DNA from: a virus
DNA: 64,000 bases
Virus record (IMG/VR): IMGVR_UViG_3300037454_000906
Span: 189,118-253,117 of that record
Direction: 5' to 3' (one strand)
In this document: in pieces, positions 55,581 through 64,000 of the stretch
How the letters are laid out: each line of letters begins with the position of its first letter
Position numbering within the stretch: the first letter of the stretch is position 1
Position numbers and translations under genes: made by a program
The notes under the pieces: generated by a model
The model's input: only the letters and a program-made list of their open reading frames with translations
The model's database searches: none
What the model was told of the DNA's origin: nothing

Positions 55581-56432
55581 TTACTTACCGACGAACACAG
55601 AGCAGAGCACCGCGCGGCCAGTCCTGGGGTCATCGTCCACGTCCCAGAACTCGCCGTCCGGACCACATACCGGACCCAACCCAGCTTCCGGAATCCCGGA
55701 ATCGGCCAGGTCCTGGAGGTAGCCATCCAGTTCATTTTCATCTTCCGGGCTCAATCCACTGCGATCCCCATTCACAATTGCGGGAAGAAGGTGTTCCGGC
55801 ACATGCGTTGCCCTGATGCCACTAGTCTTATTGATGTGCACCAGGGTCGACAATATCCAGCCGCCAGTAACCTCGATATAATCCTCTGGGTGCTCCGGCT
55901 GTTCCGTCTCGACATAACCGGTGAACCCGTGCTCGTTCAGATTCGCCACGGCGTTTTCAATTGCATCGTGCTCGTCGTACCCCTGAACCAACACGCGGGC
56001 GGGGTGTGGATCCATGCTGTCCTTCGCTATGATGACCTGGAAGTTCGGCTCATCACTTATGACCACGTCGGGCGAATACCTCGCCATCATCGCCTCCTCC
56101 ATGCATGCGGCAATCCCGGCCTCAAGGGCCTCGGCCAGGGCGGGGGCTTCCTTCCTGATGCTTTCAAGCTGTTCGGGCATGTCGGCCTCGGGTTGGCGAA
56201 TGACCCGGTCATTTTTGTCATCGTATCCAAGTCCAAGCATGGCACATACCATAGGGAACTTAAAGCATACGAAATCGTTGATTTCGGTCGCCGTAGGTAT
56301 CCTCCCCTTGAACTGGATTTCTAGGGCTTCTTCCAGTTCTTCGAGTTCACTGTATGTAAGCTGTTTGGCCCTTGGTTCGGCCCCGCCCCAGAACGGGAAG
56401 TTAGGGAGCTTGTCGGTTGTTATCCATTGCAT
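55581..56432 (-). CDS. Multi-domain hypothetical protein, polyvalent-protein-like modules (283 aa)
   Basis: NFPFWGGAEPRAKQLT...TEINDFVCF and PAIVNGDRSGLSPED modules; TATAAGC at 56464-56470. Confidence 0.65.
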   Translation of the reverse strand: MQWITTDKLPNFPFWGGAEPRAKQLTYSELEELEEALEIQFKGRIPTATEINDFVCFKFPMVCAMLGLGYDDKNDRVIRQPEADMPEQLESIRKEAPALAEALEAGIAACMEEAMMARYSPDVVISDEPNFQVIIAKDSMDPHPARVLVQGYDEHDAIENAVANLNEHGFTGYVETEQPEHPEDYIEVTGGWILSTLVHINKTSGIRATHVPEHLLPAIVNGDRSGLSPEDENELDGYLQDLADSGIPEAGLGPVCGPDGEFWDVDDDPRTGRAVLCSVFVGK

Positions 56433-56463
56433 CTTGCAATTTCCTCAGAAAATTCTGACTACA

Positions 56464-56473
56464 GCTTATAAAT
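56464..56473. promoter_or_regulatory. Overlapping bidirectional late promoters (TATAAGC minus, TATAAAT plus)
   Basis: GCTTATAAAT between divergent genes. Confidence 0.65.
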
Positions 56474-56505
56474 CTGTCACAAAGATTCCCGCAGGAAACA
56501 ACAAT

Positions 56506-57237
56506 ATGAAGTCACAAATTGACATGTACGATTTGCCCACCGAGAGCGAACTCGGGGAAATCATCACCGAAGCGGCCAAGAAAGACAAAGCAGAAGGCGG
56601 TTTCGATGAGGAAACGATGTTCCCGTTCTGGAAACCCCAGGGCGGCCCACACGCCATCAAGCTGAGCGACAAGACCGGCGCGGTGAAGCCCAAGGTTGAC
56701 TTCATCAAGTCCGAGACCAATATCAGCGACGCGTGGTCCGAATTCAAGGCATCCATCAAACCGAAGGGCACCAAGGCTACCGCGAATACCGATACGTTCG
56801 GAAGCGTGGTACTTGACACGTTTGCCCAGAAGCCAAGCACCGAGAAGCTCGCCGGCTCGATCAAGGCCCTGAAAGAAACGACCGTGAAGGAAATGTCCGG
56901 TAAGGTGACCCATACTGTCGAAGAACTCGGCATCGGAAGCGTGGTCGAGAAGTCCCACGCGGATTCCCCGAAGAAGGACAATGCGGGCGCCGTCGATCCG
57001 AAGGCCGCCCTCGGCAAGCAGCGCGTGCCGGACATCTTCAAGGAAAAGCCCAAGCTCAACGACGTAAGCGGCACGGTAACCGTGCTTGACTCCTATGACG
57101 CCAAGTTGAAGGCAACGCCAAATGACGTGACCGTATCCAGCAAGGCCGACAAGCCAGGCAAGGATAACACCAGCGCCGTCGATCCGAAGGCCGCCCTCGG
57201 CAAGCAGCGCGTACCGGACAAGAACATGGGGAAGTAA
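56506..57237 (+). CDS. Lys/Asp-rich protein with internal duplication, probable internal head protein
   Basis: Start MKSQIDM after AGGA; GEIITEA site; AVDPKAALGKQRVPD twice. Confidence 0.7.
   Translation: MKSQIDMYDLPTESELGEIITEAAKKDKAEGGFDEETMFPFWKPQGGPHAIKLSDKTGAVKPKVDFIKSETNISDAWSEFKASIKPKGTKATANTDTFGSVVLDTFAQKPSTEKLAGSIKALKETTVKEMSGKVTHTVEELGIGSVVEKSHADSPKKDNAGAVDPKAALGKQRVPDIFKEKPKLNDVSGTVTVLDSYDAKLKATPNDVTVSSKADKPGKDNTSAVDPKAALGKQRVPDKNMGK
56987..57212 (+). repeat. 40-bp perfect direct repeat (56987-57026 and 57173-57212)
   Basis: GCGCCGTCGATCCGAAGGCCGCCCTCGGCAAGCAGCGCGT occurs twice, in frame. Confidence 0.9.
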
Positions 57238-57240
57238 GGG

Positions 57241-57939
57241 ATGTCCAGGAAGCACGTCTATGACCGTCGCCTTTCCAGAAGCCCCGTGCCCGTGCACGGG
57301 GGATTTTGGAGGCTACGTATTGGACCGCTTCCCGTGTCCTGGGAGGATAGTGCCGGTGACATCGAGTTCACCACCGTACCTCACAGCGCCCCGCCACCCG
57401 AGGTGACCAACGCACTTATCCACAAGTACAACTGCCCGGGTCTCTCCATCAGATACGCCCCGGAAGGCCATTACAAGTTTGTCACCTACATTCCAGTCCA
57501 GGAAGACAACGAATACGACAAGACATTCCAGGTGACCATGCTGTGTGACAACTGGTACGAGAACTGGTGGGCATTCCATCGGTACATGGATACCGTCATG
57601 AGCGGTCGCACGGGCGGCTTTCCCGAAGAGGACCGGGAGCATCGCATATATGGTCTCGACAAGTCCTATCGAAACCGACTGACGTTCATCCCGTACATCG
57701 AGATGCATGCCGCCGATGACTGCGCACAGGAACACATGATTGTCAGGTTCGAACGCTGCCACCTAACTGACCTGAGCGACCTCATGCCACAGTTGCGCGG
57801 CGTCGATCCACTCCCGTTCTCCATTACAGTGAAGTATGAGATAAAACGCATAATTCGCCTCCCGGATCCAAACAACCTCATGAGCGCTATCTGTGTCAGC
57901 AGTAGTAACAATCTCTATACTGATGGCGAAGGCGGATAA
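57241..57939 (+). CDS. gp3: Tail tube terminator, T4 gp3-like
   Basis: YDKTFQVTMLCDNWYENWWAFHRYM and IVRFERCHLTDLSDL...PFSITVKY parallel T4 gp3 YDPLIVRFIVDEELKSWIGMYEWM and INFYKPWVSDLSEV. Confidence 0.6.
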   Translation: MSRKHVYDRRLSRSPVPVHGGFWRLRIGPLPVSWEDSAGDIEFTTVPHSAPPPEVTNALIHKYNCPGLSIRYAPEGHYKFVTYIPVQEDNEYDKTFQVTMLCDNWYENWWAFHRYMDTVMSGRTGGFPEEDREHRIYGLDKSYRNRLTFIPYIEMHAADDCAQEHMIVRFERCHLTDLSDLMPQLRGVDPLPFSITVKYEIKRIIRLPDPNNLMSAICVSSSNNLYTDGEGG

Positions 57940-57941
57940 CC

Positions 57942-59027
57942 ATGGCTACACCGATTCCAGGAAAAACCTATCAGACTGGCCAAAACACCGGTTACACCGA
58001 ACGGAACTCCCAGGACATGGGCGTTCTCGATTCGCTCATGCCCGCGTTTTACTCGACCGCCAGGGGGCACCGCCCCAATAAGTACCTCGTGTACTTCTAC
58101 GGCCCATATGTAGAGGAAGCGCTTCACGTCATGGATCGCAACTCGTATGCGGACAAGTATAACCTGAGTGAAGTGAAAGTGTTCGAGAACACGCTCGACT
58201 ACTACAAGAAGGCCCAGTTCGACGATTGGATGTCATTGTGTTGGGATGACGGTCGAAAGATGCTATGCATGTTCTGGAACGCGTTGTCGGTTGATGTCCC
58301 GGGTGGCAAAGCCAAGGTCGAACCATTCATGATAGACTCCACCAAGTCGATGAAATATCCGCTTATCACCAAGAGCGAGCAGCCGAATGCGGTAAAGCTG
58401 AGCGTGTTGAGCGACAGCTACATGATGTGGTTCCAGTTCTTCAACGCGCTATACAATGTGCAGTTCAGCCCGCTCGTCCTCAAACCGAGGAGCACCCTCC
58501 AGAAAATCAACATGTATGTCAATTTTTACCACGAGGGAATCACGATGGGACGCTCGCACGACGATCGCACTTTTCTTGGGTCGAACAATGAAAGCCAGCC
58601 ACCCGTAATCACGGACTTGCAAGTGGGGCAGATGTTCGAGTTCAATTCATGTGTCCTCGCCAATGCGCCCCAACTGAAAGCGTCCTACAACGCCAGCAAA
58701 CAATACGAATTTTCCGTGGACATGCATTACCCGAATCCGTTCCAGGGTTCCTTCAAGAACAAATTCAGGTATCTGCGCGACAACACCACGAAGGGCGTTG
58801 ATGCGGGTGACTCCATGATTAAACGTTCCAGTGCCATGTCACCATATGGTGAATACAACAAGGGGTTCTATGAGGCAAGCTACCGTTCCTGGCAAGGTAC
58901 TAAGGACAGTAGCATATACGAGGCATACGACCCGGCTGATTATAAGGAATACATGAAGACCAGACCGGCCAACTTCAAGGAAGCGAACAAGTGGTCATAC
59001 GATCTGCATGATGAATTCAGGCACTAG
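57942..59027 (+). CDS. Baseplate tail-tube initiator, gp54/gp48-like
   Basis: RPNKYLVYF, SVDVPG, LSVLSDSYMMWFQFFNAL: tail-tube-fold pattern next to the gp3-like gene. Confidence 0.5.
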   Translation: MATPIPGKTYQTGQNTGYTERNSQDMGVLDSLMPAFYSTARGHRPNKYLVYFYGPYVEEALHVMDRNSYADKYNLSEVKVFENTLDYYKKAQFDDWMSLCWDDGRKMLCMFWNALSVDVPGGKAKVEPFMIDSTKSMKYPLITKSEQPNAVKLSVLSDSYMMWFQFFNALYNVQFSPLVLKPRSTLQKINMYVNFYHEGITMGRSHDDRTFLGSNNESQPPVITDLQVGQMFEFNSCVLANAPQLKASYNASKQYEFSVDMHYPNPFQGSFKNKFRYLRDNTTKGVDAGDSMIKRSSAMSPYGEYNKGFYEASYRSWQGTKDSSIYEAYDPADYKEYMKTRPANFKEANKWSYDLHDEFRH

Positions 59028-59733
59028 GCCGGTCATTCACCGAATCAAAGAAATTCAAGTCAGGGGGGCGTTCCGCCATTCCCGTACTAATGCGATTAAT
59101 GGCTTCACGTGAAGTATCCCCATCGCATTTTCCTGCATATGGATTACACTCCGGATTGGAATATATAACCGAGTTGTACCCATCGGGAAGCATGAAGATG
59201 GTGACACGCGAGCACCACGCGCACATCGACAGGACCTTTCCGTAACCACAGAGCGTTGCATCCCTTATTACGGGAAATGGGCCATCCGAATCAAAATACT
59301 GGCGCGTGAATCTCGCCATGCGATCAATCGCACTCCGATTCATGCCAAAGTTCGCAACCGATATGCCATAACCGGAAAGTAGTACACTCGCGTTCTGTAT
59401 AATCGTCCCATTAGCACCAAATAGCTTGAGCTGGGCGGCCCGGCCAACCTCCCGGAAATCCTTCCATCCATCCGCTTCGTGCCGCACACGCCCACAGGTA
59501 ACCAGCGGGTACATGTGTGTACTCAATGTTTCCGAATGAGCGTGTATTGCTTCACCCTGTGGATCGCATCCCGGACCAAAGAATATGATGTTGTCACATT
59601 TATCCATGAGAAAGTCGATTCCTTCGTTGATGGTAGTGCCAATATCGCTACCGGGCTTTGCCAGGTAAACGGGGATATCTTTGGGGATGGTCGGGGGATT
59701 CCAGCCATCGTACGCAAATATACCGGTAATCAT
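59017..59733 (-). CDS. GT-A-fold glycosyltransferase-like protein, catalytic motifs degenerate (238 aa)
   Basis: INEGIDF...DNIIFFGPGCDP...IHAH...LVTCGR...DFR...SVANFGMNRSA follows GT2/GT7 spacing but lacks DxD and WGxED. Confidence 0.5.
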   Translation of the reverse strand: MITGIFAYDGWNPPTIPKDIPVYLAKPGSDIGTTINEGIDFLMDKCDNIIFFGPGCDPQGEAIHAHSETLSTHMYPLVTCGRVRHEADGWKDFREVGRAAQLKLFGANGTIIQNASVLLSGYGISVANFGMNRSAIDRMARFTRQYFDSDGPFPVIRDATLCGYGKVLSMCAWCSRVTIFMLPDGYNSVIYSNPECNPYAGKCDGDTSREAINRISTGMAERPPDLNFFDSVNDRPSA

Positions 59734-60770
59734 TTGATCATAGTCTCCACTCGCTGACCCAGCATCAGCTCCTTGCGACCAAACTGCCGAACAAGATTCA
59801 CGTATGTGTCATACAGTTTGATATTTGCCTTGGTTGATGGGATCTCGGTAAGTTCGCCGTCATACAAGGTCTCGACAACGTTTGACATGAACCGTTTAGC
59901 CTTGCCATCGAAGACGGTGACCGCCCAACAAGTAGATAACGGAGTGTAAAACAGTCCATCCCCGGCAAATTCCAGTTCAGGCGGAACCTTCATCTTTACT
60001 GGCCGAATCTTCTGTCGTTCAAACCGCCCGCCTATGTAATCGACAAGTTGATCGACGCGATTGTCCATAATTATGGTATCGCCAGGATACTTGTTGTCCA
60101 TTACGATACGTTTCGCCTCCGCCAAGTCAATTTGTTTCGTGGCGACATGGAATTTCTTCAGCAGACGATTGCATATTTCGCGGAATGACATATTTGGCTT
60201 GGCGTAATACTCCATGTAATCTTCCCGCCCGATAAAGTCAAGAGGATATTCGTACCGGTATCCCTGCATGGACATCCTGGCAATCTGCACGCCCCGCCAT
60301 CTGGTGTTCGCCATTGACTTGATGAACGTGTCAATGAACTTCGTCGGCATCTTGGACTTGAGTACAGATATGAGTTTCGTGGGGGCAAGCGAAAGATCGC
60401 CCATTATCGCCTTTACTTCATCTGACCCAATGGCATCCGCACATTCCTTCCACTCGGATTCATCGTCAAAGGACTTCTTCGTCAACGGGAATTGAATGAC
60501 CCCGTTGTGACGGTTTGCAATCTTTACTCCCGCGAAGGGGAGATAGATGAACCTGGGGTTGACATATTCCTCAAACGATAGTGTGCCGCCCAGAAGTTCA
60601 GAAATCATCTCTGCATACCGGTTGCTCACCATGTCGCCATATAAGTCCAGCGGGGACCCGAGCGGGGCGGTGGCCAAGAGGGTAACCTCGGTATCAGGGG
60701 CGGTGGCCCGATGTATCGCTTCAAGGACGGCATCGATGGAGTATCCCAAAACTGTCATCTTCTTGTTCAT
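59730..60770 (-). CDS. UDP-galactopyranose mutase (Glf)-like protein, FAD motif degenerate (346 aa)
   Basis: FEEYVNP, IQFPLTKKSF, FIKSMANTRWRG, YAKP..SFREICNRLL, TIIMDNRVDQLVDYIGGRFE align in order with Glf; start MNKKM with ATGA overlap and GAGG RBS. Confidence 0.55.
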   Translation of the reverse strand: MNKKMTVLGYSIDAVLEAIHRATAPDTEVTLLATAPLGSPLDLYGDMVSNRYAEMISELLGGTLSFEEYVNPRFIYLPFAGVKIANRHNGVIQFPLTKKSFDDESEWKECADAIGSDEVKAIMGDLSLAPTKLISVLKSKMPTKFIDTFIKSMANTRWRGVQIARMSMQGYRYEYPLDFIGREDYMEYYAKPNMSFREICNRLLKKFHVATKQIDLAEAKRIVMDNKYPGDTIIMDNRVDQLVDYIGGRFERQKIRPVKMKVPPELEFAGDGLFYTPLSTCWAVTVFDGKAKRFMSNVVETLYDGELTEIPSTKANIKLYDTYVNLVRQFGRKELMLGQRVETMIK

Positions 60771-61195
60771 ATCAACCTCGTATCTTCCTGAATGTATGGA
60801 AGTATGTACTTGTCGAGCCACGCGGCATCGGGGAAATCAAACAGCATGTCGATTACCCTTCCGTTACCATCAGTAAAAATGTGGACCGGCAGTGAATTTA
60901 AGTGCATTTCGGTGTAAATGGGATCCGTTGTCGGTTCATCTTCTATGACGATGCGCACCTCCCTGGCCGGGTTATCAAACAGGCCATGGCCACGGAACCA
61001 ATCATACATCGCCTGCATTGAGTGCTTGCATACCTTGCACTTGGAAAGTCCGTCATAGAAACTGAACACCCACATTATGACCCGATTCTGGGAGACGCAG
61101 TCGGCGTACACCTTATGACCGAAGTCAAGCAATCGCTGACTAAGCGTCTTATAGATGCCCCCTATATCGGGGGTTTCCGGGCAACACACCGCCAT
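60767..61195 (-). CDS. Thioredoxin-like protein (CKVC)
   Basis: WVFSFYDGLSKCKVCKH and SLPVHIFTDGNGRVI (cis-Pro strand). Confidence 0.7.
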   Translation of the reverse strand: MAVCCPETPDIGGIYKTLSQRLLDFGHKVYADCVSQNRVIMWVFSFYDGLSKCKVCKHSMQAMYDWFRGHGLFDNPAREVRIVIEDEPTTDPIYTEMHLNSLPVHIFTDGNGRVIDMLFDFPDAAWLDKYILPYIQEDTRLI

Positions 61196-61698
61196 TAGTC
61201 TGATGTTCCCGCCTTGGCCAAATCACTCAGGAACTCGAATATCTGGAGACCTTCCTTGCATTTTTCCTGAATGATCTTGTGGGATATGCGCAACATGTTT
61301 TCGCTGCGATGAAGTTCCTCAATGCGCGCGTTCTTCTGGGCGATAACCGGTTCGTACTTGTCCCGCATACGCTTTGTGCCAGCTATGATGCCATCCTGTA
61401 TTGCCATCTTGATGCATTCGCGGAACGGGAGGTATTCCGGCTGATTCCAATGTTCCAGGTACACCTTATCAACGTCGGCTACCAACGCAGGATCGAACTT
61501 GCGGTTGTTTCCTACCCCGGAGTCATCGTGCATGCTCGTATCGGGTACCCAGCCCGCCTTGGGTGCCCAAGCCGTCGCAGGGCACATTGCCAGCGCAAGC
61601 GCATCGGTTGTATCGTTATGAGTTGACTTACGCAGTTCATTGATAGCCGGTTTGCCGATATCGACGAACCATTTTCTGCCTTCTTTTTCGTTACACAT
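61195..61698 (-). CDS. Hypothetical protein (167 aa)
   Basis: GAGG RBS; TAATG overlap with the thioredoxin gene; coiled-coil C-terminus. Confidence 0.7.
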   Translation of the reverse strand: MCNEKEGRKWFVDIGKPAINELRKSTHNDTTDALALAMCPATAWAPKAGWVPDTSMHDDSGVGNNRKFDPALVADVDKVYLEHWNQPEYLPFRECIKMAIQDGIIAGTKRMRDKYEPVIAQKNARIEELHRSENMLRISHKIIQEKCKEGLQIFEFLSDLAKAGTSD

Positions 61699-61731
61699 AG
61701 TTTTCCTCGGGTTTCTACCGGAAAAACTACA

Positions 61732-62262
61732 TCAAACACCCTGCCCGGACTTAAACAGGCCTAACGTATTGGACTCGTTCAGCACCAGCCAGTTTACCCC
61801 GTGGTTTTTGCACCATTGTTCGGCGGCCTCCCATTTGGCAAAATTGGTGGCCACGTCCATGCTCTTGCGCCGGTAGGCCAACTCCCGTTTTTGGTAGTTG
61901 GCAATCTGTTTCGCCGTTGCGCCATCGCCAGGTGCCTTCGGGGCCTTGTGGACTACCGAATAAGTCACCGGTTTGATTTCGATCAACCACCGTTCACGCT
62001 TCCCATCGTCATACTGGCACTCCACGTAGACATCCGGCTTGTATATGCTCTGTTTCTGTTGAACGGGGGAATAATAGGAAATTGCGAACGGCTCGTATCC
62101 CCATTTGATCACAAACGGATTGAGGTCGCAAAAAATGAATACCTTCCGTTCCCAATCGGACTTATATTCCACATCGACTGTACCCGGATTGAGATACTTG
62201 TCTGGATGCACCAGGCGGTACTTGTCACAATGGCAACCGGTATAGTAGGATTTCCTGGCCAT
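61732..62262 (-). CDS. gp4: Head completion nuclease, T4 gp4 homologue (TnsA-like fold)
   Basis: YKSDWERKVFIFCDLNPFVIKWGYEP..ISYYSP...IYKPD...LIEIKP...KWEAA..WC...W.VLNE. Confidence 0.85.
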   Translation of the reverse strand: MARKSYYTGCHCDKYRLVHPDKYLNPGTVDVEYKSDWERKVFIFCDLNPFVIKWGYEPFAISYYSPVQQKQSIYKPDVYVECQYDDGKRERWLIEIKPVTYSVVHKAPKAPGDGATAKQIANYQKRELAYRRKSMDVATNFAKWEAAEQWCKNHGVNWLVLNESNTLGLFKSGQGV

Positions 62263-62264
62263 GG

Positions 62265-64000
62265 CTATACCGCCTTGCTATACATTCTCGCATAATAGTC
62301 ATCCAGGGTCTCATCCGCCCCCATTTTATCCCATGTACTGGTCAAGATAGCCTCTACACGTTGCCCATCATAATCACTCGGCACCGAGTAGTTCGGCGGT
62401 CGTTCATCGTCATCAATTTCAATCGGCTGGCGCCCGGTTGGCCCGGGTAGGTATGCGGATTGTGCGTTAGAATGCTTGTAGGACTCGACCAGCCGGTCCC
62501 TCAGTTCCCCTAGATTATCCATGGCGCCATCGGAGAATCGTTTGGTCGCCTTGAATCTGAGATACTGGTACCATTTCTCATTGAAATACTCATCTGACCC
62601 AACCCCCTGCACTATCGACTCAGCGACCTTAACGAGAAGGTCCTCGTCCCGCTGTGATACGGGTTCGTCCCCATTCACTATGTTGTTTTCCATCTCGGGG
62701 CCGGTCGAGAACGTGGCGGCTTCAAGATACGGGTCACTAAAATTGGAATCGCTCGGTTCCACACCGTTTTCTTGTCTAACCTCGTTTATCGCATCGGCGA
62801 TCGATCCCATGGTAGCACCCTGGCGATTCTCCTCGACAATGACGGAAGCCTTCTGGGTTTTCGATATGAGCCTATCCCACAGGGAATCCCACATGTCACG
62901 GAGTTCAGACATGGTATACGCGGTGTTGCCATCGGCGGCGATGCAGCACATATAGAGATCGGCCTCAAACGCGCGATTCCAGAAATCATCGGTTAGACGC
63001 AAGTCTTCGTTCAGTTTCTTGATCTTGTTCCGGATTGTATCACTCAACCCCCGACACCCATATTCGAGACACGGGACCATGCGCTTGAGAGTGGTTATCA
63101 TATCCAGGATGGACATTCCGTAGTAACTCCGGTCGCCATCATACTCGGTCGTATAAACGAACAGACAATCCAGGTGCGATGTCTTTGCACCGGAAATCAA
63201 TACATCCACATCCCATTTCTTGCGCAAGAAGTCGGCGTACTGCTTAATCAGGCGACGGAACGGGGCAATAATCATACTAAAGATGAAATCAATGCCAAAC
63301 TTGATGAAATCAAAGAATAGGACCAGATACCGGCGAATGTACTTTTCCATTAGCCTGGATAGACCCGTGGCGAGCGTCGCGCCATCGAGGAATGAAAATT
63401 TCTCGCGCAGGCATGCGACTATCTCGGTCGGGTTATCGGAAATACTGTTCCCGTACCTATCACGGTCACATCCCGTAAGGTATGCAACAAACCTGGATAC
63501 ACATGGACACTTTTCCATGAACTTTATGAGGTCATTCCAGTCCACCGCCAGCGAAAGCTCGATGGTATTCTGCAGGTACCGGTCAATTGCGTCATATATG
63601 TCAAGCAGGCAAGCCAGCGTCGCGTTGGTAATACGCTTCATGGCCTTTTCCAACTTCTTCCTTGCGGCATCAATCTTGTCAAACAGTACGAAAGCGGCCT
63701 TCGTGGATATTTCCAGCCACCCAATTAGCGTTCCATAGAACGAAGCGATCGTGTTGCAGATTCCTTTCATGACGGTGTTGGTGGACATGAAGTCTTTCAA
63801 CTTGACCCCGCTACTGAACGAATTCATGCACTTCTTCCCGGAATCGAGAACCGAAAGTCCACTTTTCAACCATGGGCAAAGGTCAGTTATCCAATCATAC
63901 AGGTGATCCGAACAGTCATAGGCATATAGATCAGTCGCGGCCTTCTGTATCGCCGACGAAGTGGAATTAAATATGTCGAAAAACTCGTCGACCCGTTCAT
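62265..64000 (-). CDS. Large helical hypothetical protein, 5' end outside the window (>578 aa)
   Basis: The frame stays open upstream of the track's TTG at 63869 to the window edge (ERVDEFFDIFNSTSSAIQK...); 2 bp from gp4. Confidence 0.75.
   Translation of the reverse strand, partial: ERVDEFFDIFNSTSSAIQKAATDLYAYDCSDHLYDWITDLCPWLKSGLSVLDSGKKCMNSFSSGVKLKDFMSTNTVMKGICNTIASFYGTLIGWLEISTKAAFVLFDKIDAARKKLEKAMKRITNATLACLLDIYDAIDRYLQNTIELSLAVDWNDLIKFMEKCPCVSRFVAYLTGCDRDRYGNSISDNPTEIVACLREKFSFLDGATLATGLSRLMEKYIRRYLVLFFDFIKFGIDFIFSMIIAPFRRLIKQYADFLRKKWDVDVLISGAKTSHLDCLFVYTTEYDGDRSYYGMSILDMITTLKRMVPCLEYGCRGLSDTIRNKIKKLNEDLRLTDDFWNRAFEADLYMCCIAADGNTAYTMSELRDMWDSLWDRLISKTQKASVIVEENRQGATMGSIADAINEVRQENGVEPSDSNFSDPYLEAATFSTGPEMENNIVNGDEPVSQRDEDLLVKVAESIVQGVGSDEYFNEKWYQYLRFKATKRFSDGAMDNLGELRDRLVESYKHSNAQSAYLPGPTGRQPIEIDDDERPPNYSVPSDYDGQRVEAILTSTWDKMGADETLDDYYARMYSKAV

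Noticed and set aside
22352-56505. Upstream-extended starts in the ORF track (22352, 24610, 23983, 30491, 35055, 39672, 51908, 53383, 54042, 56014)
   Set aside because: They overlap neighbouring genes or promoters; downstream ATGs match the late promoter and RBS positions.
61732-62262. TnsA transposase or homing endonuclease
   Set aside because: TnsA-like fold fits T4 gp4 head-completion protein in a virion module; no other Tn7 genes or ends.
1-64000. Stop-codon reassignment
   Set aside because: Genes are long and tightly packed under code 11; TAA, TAG (e.g. 8022) and TGA (ATGA overlaps) all act as stops.

Overview
Virion-morphogenesis region of a large T4-like (myovirus-type) phage, about 55% GC, standard genetic code, most genes on the minus strand. 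T4-core homologues recognisable by motif: baseplate wedge gp6 and a gp7-like protein, neck gp13 and gp14, tail terminator gp15, gp3, a gp54-like protein, gp4, prohead protease gp21, scaffold gp22, a gp67/68-like core protein and late sigma factor gp55. Their order is scrambled relative to T4; portal, major capsid, sheath and tube genes are not recognisable here. About 20 copies of a gp55-type late promoter (TATAAAC/TATAAAT/TATAAGC) sit upstream of genes, with about 10 intrinsic terminators. Accessory content: several large tail/fibre proteins; a radical-SAM + GT2-TPR cassette inside the tail module; a 2728-aa modular repeat fibre ending in a histidine phosphatase; a family of probable capsid-cargo proteins sharing a helical motif ending in a gp21-type cleavage site (one ADP-ribosyltransferase-like, one ferritin-like); a coupled pair of apparently dead sugar enzymes (Glf-like, GT-A-like); a degenerate 2H phosphoesterase; PhoH with a DnaJ-type zinc finger; and Hsp20 behind a sigma54-type promoter. 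All family assignments come from reading motifs by eye; no database searches were run.
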